A stretch of 64,000 bases of DNA from Mantamonas sphyraenae STR306 (taxonomy: Eukaryota > Protista > CRuMs). The stretch spans positions 124,001 through 188,000 of the forward strand of contig JAPMXV010000055.1 of assembly GCA_026936335.1 (NCBI GenBank), given 5' to 3'. Below, one piece after another: positions 38,941 to 50,337 of the stretch. Under the pieces are notes generated by a model. The model was not told where the DNA came from and ran no database searches. It saw nothing but the letters and a program-made list of their open reading frames with translations. Numbering within the stretch: position 1 is the stretch's first letter; every line of letters begins with the position of its first letter. A program made the position numbers and the translations under genes.

Positions 38941-39021
38941 ATCTGCTGGCAACAACTCCCGCCGACACCCATTCTCGTCGGCAAGCGGACTCCTGAACCT
39001 CGCGTTCACAAACCAAACAAC

Positions 39022-39077
39022 CCTGGCATTCCAAACACAAATAATGCCACAAACCCATTCCTTTCTAAGGAGAAGAA
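39022..39077 (+). promoter_or_regulatory. Histone 3' element of H2A
   Basis: CCTGGCATT-CCAAACACAAAT-AATGCCA-CAAACCCATTCCTTTCTAAGGAGAAGAA. Confidence 0.85.
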
Positions 39078-39349
39078 TGCCCCGTGTGAAGCGGATAAAC
39101 TCTTTCGACCACTTTAGGGCCGTCTTGGATGATTGTGAGTGGGAGAGGAAGGGAGACGTTCATTGAAAAGTGACCTGGGGTGGTCACCATTGTGTGAGCA
39201 CGCACACACCCGCGTGCGGGGGACGTGATCCACACTGGGGATTCGATCTGCTTGCTTTTCATCTTTAGATCCTCCTGAGCCCGGATCTTGCCCACAGCCA
39301 TGCCAACAGAACCAATCGGGTGTTTATCTTCTTTTTGTCTTTGGTGGTT

Positions 39350-39403
39350 GTTTTCCTCTTTAGAAAAGAATGGTTGTGGCATTATTTGTTTTTGAATGCC
39401 AGG
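39350..39403 (-). promoter_or_regulatory. Histone 3' element of H3
   Basis: Minus strand CCTGGCATT-CAAAAACAAAT-AATGCCA-CAACCATTCTTTTCTAAAGAGGAAAAC. Confidence 0.85.
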
Positions 39404-39549
39404 TTGTTGTTTGTAGTTTGATTGTCGAGGGTGCGGCTCCGACGTGCGTGGCTGGGTGGACGACTGCAGGGCTTTGCCCTCGTCCTTCCACACCATCCAC
39501 CACACCGCCGTCACCAAAATGCACACACTCGAGAGGCCAGGCCGGGCGC

Positions 39550-40639
<1,090 letters not shown>

Positions 40640-40699
40640 ACTGCTTGCCCACGTGCAGCAGCTACAGCTCTTGGTTGTTTCAACCACACACAAAAAAAA

Positions 40700-40755
40700 C
40701 TGGCATTCAAACACAAATAATGCCGCAACCCCATTCTTTTCTAAGGAGGAAAACA
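40700..40755 (+). promoter_or_regulatory. Histone 3' element of H4
   Basis: CTGGCATT-CAAACACAAAT-AATGCCG-CAACCCCATTCTTTTCTAAGGAGGAAAAC. Confidence 0.85.
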
Positions 40756-41091
40756 ACCCACAACGAGAGTGAAAGAGAGATAAAAACCATGATTTCAGCG
40801 AGGGGAAGGAGGAGGAGGAGACGGAGGGACGATGGTGTGTCCACGTCTGCCTTTTGCATTGCTTCCCTACCTCTCTTCCCACGTGTTCACCGTGTCTTCC
40901 TCTCCACATGCCTGCGGCCGTGCACAATCTTTCATCACCAGCCACTCCGCACGCCAATCCCAACAACCACCTCGCCCCATCGCACACAACAAGCAAATAT
41001 CCTCCTCCAACCACACCCCCTCTCTCTCTCCAATCCATCAACATTTCACTGTGAACTACTGTATCGTCTACTTGGCTGTTCTGTCGAATGT

Positions 41092-42511
41092 TCACTCCTC
41101 CTCTCCATCCCCTTTCCCATCCACGGCCTCTCCAACCCCATCCTCATCCCCACCGCCCTCTCCATCGCCCCCCTCATCCACCGACGCCTCCTCGGACACA
41201 CTCCCGTCGGCCTCGCCGCCTGCAGCGCCTTCGCTGTTGTCGCCACCCTCGGCCTCGTTGTCCTCCGACCCTTCTCCACTGCCACCGCCACTGCTGCCTG
41301 CTTCTCCTCCTGCTCCTCCTTCCTCGGGCGGAGGCGGCGGCGCGCTGCGCTTCGGCTTGGGCGCCGCTCGACGCGGTTTCGACGGTTTGCTGGAAGACGA
41401 CGGCGACTCCTGCGCCATAATGCTCTTGTAGATGTCTGCCTCGCTCTCTGTAGCCACCTTTGCGCTATCGTCGACCACGGGCTTGGCTGTGCCGCTGCTG
41501 GTCACGCTCTGACTTGCGTTTGCGTTGGCTGCCGCCAGCTGGGCGCGAAGATCCTCCATGGCCTTTTGCGACTGGATGACACTCAGACGCACCACAGAGC
41601 CCTTTCGCTGCACGCGTTGCAAATGCGGCGAGGCTGCCATCACCCCGCTGGGCTTGCCTGGTGACTCGTTGCTGCTGCCGGCCATGCTGTTCAGCGCCGT
41701 CCCTGTGTGTGGGTCCACCCCCATCTGCTTCAGCATTTCGCTCTCGTCTGCGTGGCTCGTGTACACCGGTGCTGCGCCACGGAAGGCGCTCGGCGTGTCG
41801 GGGAATGCCAGTTCCGTGTGGATCCCCTTCAGGTCGTGCTCCACCGCCGGCTGCGCCTGCTCGTAGAAGCTCAGCATGTCTGCAATGAAAAACGCAAGCA
41901 CCTCTTGGTCATTCTTGCTCTCTGTGCGCACGTGTTCCGCCCCACCATTTGCCGTCAGCGTGTGTGTGTGTGCTGGGTTCCGCTTCCAAAAGCGAACCCG
42001 GTCGTGATTCGACCCTCTCTCTCTTCACCCTTTGTCCCGTTTTCCCGCCCCTGCTTCGCCCATCCCGGCCTTCCGTCCACATACCTGCGATCCCCTGCAA
42101 GATGCTGCGGTGAAACGTGGCCCAGTGGCCCAGAAACTCGCATTCGGGCGAGTCGCTAAACTCCAGAAAGAGGTCTCCCAGCCCTTCGGCCAGCGCCTTG
42201 GTGTCGGGCAGGAACGTCCGCGCCGACATGATCAGCTGGTTCGTCAGTGACACCACAGACAGCGGGATCGGCACCTTGCTGCTGCTCTCTGTCTGCATGT
42301 ACAGCTGTGTGTCGCCACCACACCCATGGGGACATCCTCGTCGTCAGTCAGCCAGCCCTGTTGTCCCTGCAACAATTGCCTCCCTTTTACATACCTTGGG
42401 CTTGGACAGACGCGCCTGCATGGTCTCGTTCACCTTGCTGTTGTCTTTGTACACGGCGTCAAACGCCACGGGCTCCAGCTCGATGCCCAACGCGGCGGTG
42501 ATCGAGTCCAT
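41092..42511 (-). CDS. Uncharacterised multi-exon protein with helical N-terminus and Pro-rich/acidic tail
   Basis: Coding-like ORF pieces 41092-41931 and ~42085-42305 plus a 5' exon; exact start uncertain. Confidence 0.5.
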
Positions 42512-42674
42512 GGTTGTGGGTTTTGTCTTGGCCGCATCCCCGGCGCTCCAACCTGCTCACTGCCCACCATGAAACCCCGCATCCCCAATCCCTGCTCTCA
42601 CACTCGCCCTCCTGTGACCCTTCCCCGCACCCTGGTCCGTGCGCACCTTCCACCACTGCAAAAAAAGACGGAAA

Positions 42675-43277
42675 ATGAGCGCATCGCAGTGGCTGGAGAC
42701 CCGTGGCATCAAAACCACGACCCTGATGTTCTTTGTGAGGGAGGGAGAGGTGCTGCTGGCGATGAAGAAGCGTGGCTTTGGCAAGGGCAAGTGGAACGGG
42801 CCCGGGGGCAAGGTGGAGAAGGGCGAGACGGTGCTGGCTGGGGCGATCAGAGAGTCTGAGGAGGAGGTGGGCCTCTCTGCGCTGCCCGATGCCTGCACAC
42901 ACATGGGGGCCATCGAGTTTTGGTTCCCACACTCGCCCTCGTCCAACAACCACTGCCACATTTACACGTGTTCGCAATGGGAAGGTGAGCCCGAGGAGAC
43001 CGAGGAGATGAAGCCCCAGTGGTTCGCCATGGATGCCATCCCGTTCGACTCTATGTGGGCTGATGACCGCGAGTGGTACCCCACCGTTCTCTTTGACGGC
43101 TCGCCTGTCAACGGCGTCTACGCCTTTGATGCCGACGGGGCGATCCTTTCCAGTCTCGCCGTCGACGACTGGGATTCGGCACCCACCATGGATGAGCACA
43201 TGAGTTCTTCTGACGCGGTCGACACGTCTGCTGCACCCAAGACGTCTGCAACGACTGTGATGGCCACTGTGGAGTGA
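42675..43277 (+). CDS. NUDT1: 8-oxo-dGTPase MTH1 (Nudix)
   Basis: VLLAMKKRGFGKGKWNGPGGKVE, Nudix box RESEEEVGL, ETEEMKPQWF, MWADD. Confidence 0.9.
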   Translation: MSASQWLETRGIKTTTLMFFVREGEVLLAMKKRGFGKGKWNGPGGKVEKGETVLAGAIRESEEEVGLSALPDACTHMGAIEFWFPHSPSSNNHCHIYTCSQWEGEPEETEEMKPQWFAMDAIPFDSMWADDREWYPTVLFDGSPVNGVYAFDADGAILSSLAVDDWDSAPTMDEHMSSSDAVDTSAAPKTSATTVMATVE

Positions 43278-43320
43278 GAATGAGATGGCGAGAGAAAAAT
43301 GGATTTCACTTTTGATCACG

Positions 43321-44804
43321 CTACTGATCACACCTTGCATCTTTCTCCCACTCGCTCAGCGTTGCCCTCACTCGGTCAGCATGGCCATGCTCCAGCTGTC
43401 GTTGGAGGCGTCGTTGGACCATGGACGGGAGAGGCTCGACGGATCGAGCACCGTTGACAAAGGCGTCAAAGTCGATGGAGCTCATCGAGTCAAAGGAGCT
43501 GAGCGAGCCGACGGTGGCAGCGCCGAGCACGACGTCGCTCATGGGAGTGGGCGACGGCGTGCGCGCATCGGCACAGTCGGGCAGAGCAAAGATCTCGTTG
43601 TGCAGGGCGCGGTCGAGCACGAGAGGCTCGAGTTTGGCCACGCTGTCCACCTGCGCCTGCTCCTGCGGAGTCGGCGAGACGGAACGCACAGTGCGACCTT
43701 GGCCCTGCTGGTTGAAAGGCATCGGTGTGCCAAACAGGTTGGAGAAGCTCTGTTTGCTGCAGCCATTCATCTTGGCCTCCATCAGCTCCAGTTGCTTCTG
43801 TTGCTTCTGCTGCACTTGCACAATGCCGTGCAGCATCTTCATGATGTCGTCGCGCATTGCGGAGCAGGTGCTGCACGACGACGACGCGTTCCCGTGTGCG
43901 TGGGCACCGAGAGCCGCGTTGGTGGTGGTGGTGTTGTTGTTGGTAGGGGTATGGGTGTTTTCCACAACCATGCCTGCGCTGCCATGTTGCTGCTGCTGCT
44001 GCCTGCTTGCAGCCGCTGCAGACGACATGGACGACGACTCGCTGCTGCCGCGCTTCTTGGCCGCGGGCTTGCGGCGAGACGTCACCTTGCGCCGGATGGT
44101 GCGGATGGACTCCAGGTCGTCCATCACAAAGGCAGGGTGCTGGAAGCCTTCCACACAGGCTTCCAAGGCACCCATGCTTCCGTACATGTGGCCTGCTTGC
44201 GACGGGTCCACCTTGAACGGGCGGAACCCGTGCTTGCGCAGCTCCACACGCAGCGAGCTTGCCTTGATCTTCAGGAACGACGCCAGGAAGCAGATGTTGC
44301 GCAGCACAAACGTGCACACGCGCCCCTGCTCGTCCTGCTCACACGTCAGCCAGTCGATCCAGCGCTCGTGCGCATGCTGCGCCCGGTTGAGCTCCAGAGC
44401 CTACAAATAGGTGGTTCAGACGGGCGCACACGACGTTGTTAGGCCAGCCACAAGGCGATCATGCACACCGTACACGCACATCACGTCCATGCACACACTC
44501 GCCATGCACAATTCCGAGAAAACGGCCAACCGACCGCCCGCACGCCGCAACCACATACCAGGTTGACGCGCTCGGGGAAGTACATTCCCTGAGCAGAGCC
44601 AATGGTCTTGGGTCCAGTCTTGTCTCCTGTGCGACGGCGCTTGGCTGTGTGCGTCGTGCGCTGAGCCGAGCGTTCCGTCCACTCCTCCTCCTCCTCCTCT
44701 TCCTCCTCAAGTACGTAGTCCGCGTCGTCGGCAGCCTCTCCATACGCTGCGTATGTGGCGTCCGACTCGCCGCGTGTACGTGTTCGCTTGCGTTCGCTGG
44801 GCAT
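43321..44804 (-). CDS. Divergent HSF-type DNA-binding protein with coiled coil; intron 44401-44558
   Basis: Spliced FPERVNLALE...IDW...G...F...SSLRVELRKHGFR...FQHPAF...IRRK follows the HSF domain layout. Confidence 0.62.
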
Positions 44805-45178
44805 GGTCAAGTTAAGCGTGCGCGAAATGCAATCGGTCGATGAGTTTTGATTCGGGTTTTTGAGTTGGGGGATGGCAGTCGCTGCTGCAAAGGAAATACG
44901 AAAACGTGGGTTTGGGGGGTGGGGTGGTTGGCGGTTGTTGTGTTTGGGTGGAAGATGGACGTATGTTTTTGATCAACTGTGTGGACGCAGATCTGTGTGG
45001 GAAAAAAAGTGCGACAAAGGAAAAAAGTTAGCGCCTCAGCAAAAAAAAAAAGGCGGCCGTTTTTGCTGGAGAAACGCACCAAAAATCCAACTCCCGGGTT
45101 GGTTCGGCCAGCGCATCGGCAACGCCCGCCCTTTCAGCTCGACCCCGTCGCCTGCCACACAGCAAACCCCGCCGCAAC

Positions 45179-46964
45179 ATGGACAAAGCCCACATCTACA
45201 CGCTGATGTCGCGGCAGCTGGCCAGCGACGGCCTGGACGAACTGTCCGCCATGGTGCTGGAGCAAGCCAAGGCCGTGACTCCTGCCGAGGACACGTCGCG
45301 GCCTGAGCAAGAGGAAGATGCGAACGACGACGCCGACGACGACGCCATGGACACCGTACCAGCCTCCTCCTCCTCATCATCATCATCCTCATCATCATCG
45401 TCCTCCTCTTCCTACTCCGACTCAGACACAGACGCGCTGGATATCGAACAGCTGCAGCTGGATCAACTCGTCGACACGGGTTTTCGCTACGCCACAAAAC
45501 GCGCCCGCCTCCTGCGCAAACGCCAGGAAGCAGCAAAGAAACGGCAGCAAAAGTCGGTCGAAGACAGTACGTTTGCCGTCGTCCGCCGTCTCGCGCCACC
45601 CGGTCCCGGGTGTCCTCCCCTTGGCCCAAAGCCCTCTCGAGACATTTCTCCCCTCTGCCTCACGCCACGCGCTGACCCTGTCCCTCCCACACAGTGATGC
45701 TTGCCAGTGCAGACACGAGCAGCGCCTATTACCAAATCGTCAGCGGTGGCGACACCACGTTTGAAGAGGACGAGCTGCTCCTCAGCGAAGACGAAGACGA
45801 AGAAGACACCGAGCGCATGCTCGATCTTGACGGCAAGGCCAAAGGTGCGCGCCGCCCTCCCGTTTCCCCCCCTTGCAGCACACTCCCACACCACTAACAC
45901 GCCCCTCTCCCAGGCACCGTGCCCAACATGGAATTGGACACTCGCTTCATCACCGCCCACAAGGACATGTGCGTCAGCGTCGCTTTCAGCAAAGACGGCC
46001 AGTACGCAGCCAGCGGAATCTGTCGACGCCTCCATCAAGCTCATCGACGTGTACAAAGCCAAAACCATCATGAAGCGGCCCAAGGACATGCCCGACAGCG
46101 AGTACCAGAACGTCAAGCCTGTCCAGCGCACCCTCTACGACCACCAGGCCGCCGTCACAGGGCTTGTCTTCCACCCGGTCATGCCCTGGCTCGCCTCTTG
46201 CTCCCAGGACGGCACCATCAAGGTGTTTGACAACGGCAAGAACCTGAAAAAGAGCATTGCCAGCTACAGGGACACACACGCCATCAACAAGATTGACTTT
46301 CACCCCACAGGCGAGTGGATCGTCGCCGCCACAGGCCACAACATGCCCCATCTGTGGGACACTCGCAGCGGCAAGTGCTTTGTCGCCTCTCCATCCGCCT
46401 CCAACAAGGCCTTTGCCATGATCAACGATGTCCACTACGCTGGCGACGGCGCCTTTTTCGCAAGTGCAGGCGACGACGGCGCCATCCGCATCTACGACGG
46501 CCGCAACCTCAAGTGTATCAACGCCATCCACAGCGCACATGCAGGTGCACGCATCGCCTCTGTCCGCGTCAGCAAGAACAGCAAGTACGTGCTGTCCTGC
46601 AGCGAAAACGGCGACGCCCTCCTTTACGATCTGCGCCGAGGCGAACTCCTCCAGGGCTACGCCCCCAACCAGCGCCGTGCAAACCATCAAATGGCCTGTG
46701 CCGTGTTTTTCCCGCGAGGAGGACTATGTCATCGTGCCCGACATGTCCTTTGACGGCGCCGTCATGTACAACGCTCGCACAGGCGCCACCCAATTCCGCC
46801 TCAGCGGCCACCAAGGACCCATCGGCATGATTGCCGCCTCTCCTGACGAAGACATCTTTCTCACCGCCTCCATCGACTCCCGTGCCCGCTTCTGGGCCGA
46901 CAAGGGCCTCGACATCAACCTCGACGATGACGCCGAGAACCTGCGCCCTGCAGATTTCAACTGA
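45179..46964 (+). CDS. CSTF1: Cleavage stimulation factor 50-kDa WD40 subunit; introns 45567-45694 and 45845-45913; apparent frameshifts at 46017-46018 and 46706-46710
   Basis: N-terminal IYTLMSRQLASDG dimerisation motif; HK...FSKDG...SGSVDASIKL; PVQRTLYDH; DSRARFW. Confidence 0.85.
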
Positions 46965-47008
46965 ATGCAACCACGCGTGTTCATGCAACCATGCTTTGTT
47001 CAATTTGC

Positions 47009-48283
47009 TCACTCCACGCGTGCTCGCTTGCTCGCGCCCGCTGCCTCTTCTCCTTGCTCCTCTTCCCGCTTTGTCTTTTTCTGAGGCGACTTTGCAAAGA
47101 ACGACAGCATGGTGCCCTTGGCGCCCTGGGCCTCGATGTTTTGGATGCACTTTTCCCCTTGGTTGCCAATCTTGCCCACATACGCAGGCACCTTGTGCAC
47201 CTTGAGCTTGCCGCCGTACGGCCCCACGACTTGCATCGCCTCTTTCGGCGAATACTTTTCCACGTTCAGCCACACCTCCATTGCCTCTGCGTCCAGGATG
47301 GCGGGCATCCGGTCGTGGATGTGCGACACCTGCTTGTTCGGCTCCACCGTCAGCACCGTGAACGAAAAGTGTGCTTCGCCTTCCTCGTCCCTGTACCAGT
47401 CGTACAGGCCTGCCATGGCCAGCAGCTGTCCGTCCTTCTCCTGACGATGGTAGTACGGTTGTCTCTGTTTCGAAGACAGCTTCTTCCACTCGTAGTACCC
47501 AGCGCACACAAACACGCACCGCTGCTTCTTCAGCAGCCTCCCAAACATGTTGCTCTCTTCCACCGTCTCTGCCCGTGCGTTGATCGGCGGCGGTCGGCCC
47601 ATGCTCTTGCCTTTTGACCACGAAGGCATCAGTCCCCACCGCATGAACATCATCCTGCGCTTGTACCCTTTGTCGTCGTCGTCACCACTCCCTTTCCCCT
47701 TGACATCCGCCTGCTCGTCCCCATGCGCCTCCACTTCCACCTCCAACACCTCTTCCTCTTTCTTCACGCCCTTTCCCTTGTCCTCCTCCTCCTCCTCCTC
47801 CTCTACCACAACCTCCTCCTCCTTCTTCTTGCCACTCTTCTTCTCCTCCTTCCCCTCTCCGTCCTGCGCCGCCTTCCACGCCAGATACTCTTCAGCACTA
47901 CCGTCAAACACTTTGCGGTCCTTCACCACCACCGCTGCACGCCACCATCCCGTGTCAGTCGCATGGCCAGCGATTCCCGCTCGATTCCCGATTCTCCTCG
48001 CCCACAATCACTCACCCAAATCCATCCCCGGCCCAGCGTTGTACGGCCCCACAGGAGCATCCTCGTCCACTTCCACTGTCTCTCCGTCGCGTCCACTGTT
48101 GCTGGCCATCTCCACCTCCACCTCATCCTGCACACCGCCGCTGCTGCTGCTGCTTTGCGCAGCCTCCTCCCCGCCGTCGTTGCTGCTTCCGTTCCAGCGA
48201 CGCGGAACAACTCGGTCCACCTGCAGTGTCTGGCGCGCTTGTCGAGGCGTGAATGCTGTGTTTGCTCGTCCACACGGAGGCAT
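47009..48283 (-). CDS. HMCES: SRAP-domain abasic-site protection protein; intron 47935-48015
   Basis: CGR, YNAGP, MRWGLMPSW, INARAET, GYYEW, MAGLYD, IHDRMPAIL. Confidence 0.88.
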
Positions 48284-48363
48284 GCCTGCTGATATCCAAA
48301 GAAACGTTGGCTGGCCTCGGCTGCGCCGATCTCGCCACCCCGATCCGCACAACTCCACCCGGC

Positions 48364-50310
48364 ATGTCGCGCACTACTCAGCTCAAGCTGGTCAACAAGA
48401 AGATCGCCAAGGAGAACGACGAGCTCCGCTCCCGCGTGGACATCTACGAGGACAACGAGCGCCTCAAGACCGAAAACGCAGAGCTTCGCGCAAAGCTTTT
48501 CCTTTACGAGGGCTCCGTCCAGGCCGACCAGGAGCAATACAACCAGGCTCTCGAGCAGGAGAGTACGTTTACACACACACGCACAACCCATCCTCCAACA
48601 CCATTCCTTCCCGAGGCCCCACCCTGCATGCTGAGCGCTGCCCCCTTTTTTCCGGTGCCACACAAAAAATTCCCCTCTTTGCACAAACTCACCTCCCGCT
48701 TGCAAAACACACCCCCCAGTCGCCAAGAAGCTCAGCGCCAAGGAGCTCGAGGAGGTCCGCCAGGCCTTCAACCAGTTTGACACCGACGGAAGCGGCACCA
48801 TCGACCTCGGCGAGCTGCAGGCGCTCAGCAAAGAGCTCCTCGACCCCATGTCTGAGGAAGAGGCCAAGAAGGCCATGGAGGAGCTTGACCAGGACGGCTC
48901 TGGCGACATCAGCTTCGACGAGTTCCTCGTCTGGTGGGTCTCTGACCGCGACAAGGATTCGCAAAAGGTATGTTCACCGCGTGTCCCTCTGTCCCTCTGT
49001 CTCGCTGTGTGTCCCCGCCTTTCCCCGTTTTCCACAAACCAAAAAAATCCTCACACGTCACACCGCGAAATCCAACCGCCCCGCCCCGCCCCCTTCCCAC
49101 CTCTTTCTCCCACACACAGGGCATGAAGATGCGCCTCCTCAAGCTGCGTCTCCGCTCCGAGCGCTTCTCCAAGCGTGTCAACACCATCGCCAAGCGTCTC
49201 GAGCGCAAGGGTGCCTCTGCGTCGACCAACACCGCCGCCGACGTCGAGCAGCCCGACGAGAACGTCCTCCGCTTCCACCTCGGCATCTCGGCAGGCACCA
49301 ACGAGGAGTCCACCTCTGCAGGCAGCTTCGTCTACACGCCCCAGGACGAGACCGAGGCCGCCGCAGGCTTTGAGGCCCTCTCCGCCCCCGAAGGCACCCA
49401 GGCCGCCATGGCCTTCCACATTGCCCTTCGCGACTCGCTCTCCACTGAGGAGGCCGAAGGCGTCCGCGATTACATCCAGGGCAAGTGGGATAAGAACTCT
49501 GAAGAGATGTTCCAGGTCCTCGACCTGCCCTTTGACATCACCTTTGGCTGCACCCTCGAGGACAACAACAAGACCCTCAAGCTGGCCATCTACAGCCCCG
49601 TCAACCCCACTGCCATGATCCCGGGCTTCAAGAGCAAGTGGATCAAGACCCTCGAGGGCCGCGGCTCCTCCGACTTTACCATGGACGACTTCCAGAACTC
49701 GGGCAAGACCATCGCAGAGATGCTCAACTTTGCCTTTGACTTTACCCTCGAAATCGATCGCGGCTTCATCAAGTTCCTCTCCGCCCTTTCCGCCGACTCG
49801 AGCAACGACGACCGCTGGGCCGTCCTCTGGATGAAGTTCACCAAGAACATCGACTACCAGATGCACTTCCGCGACATCCGCGAGCTCTTTATCGGCACCA
49901 CCGGCCTCGCTTCCTTTGCAGAGACCGAGGAGGACAAGAAGATCGTCGACTTTTTCAACCAGACCCACAACGACAGCATGGGCAACATGGCCAAGACCGT
50001 CGCCGAGGTCTTTGTCCCGCCCTACACCGAGACCGCAGACGAGAAGGTCATCTCCGTCTACAAGAACGTCGTTGAGAAGATGTCTGCCCTCACCAAGTTC
50101 ACCATCCAGACCACCGACCTCAACTTCACCGAGGAGACCGAAAACTCCCGCTGGATGGAGGTCCTGCCCCCGTTCTCCGAGATCGAGCCCTACATCGAGG
50201 GTGTCATCCAGCAGCGCAAGCTCCAGCTCGCCGCCCTCTACGGCGACTACGGCATGGATGTCGTCCCCAACGTTGCCCCGGCCACGCAGGACTATGACGA
50301 CTTTTGGTAA
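48364..50310 (+). CDS. Coiled-coil plus paired EF-hand protein with unrecognised C-terminal region; introns 48563-48719 and 48968-49119
   Basis: EF loops DTDGSGTIDLGE and DQDGSGDISFDE; strongly C-ending codons. Confidence 0.8.
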
Positions 50311-50337
50311 TTCAGAAATCAAGCCCGCCCGTTTGCT

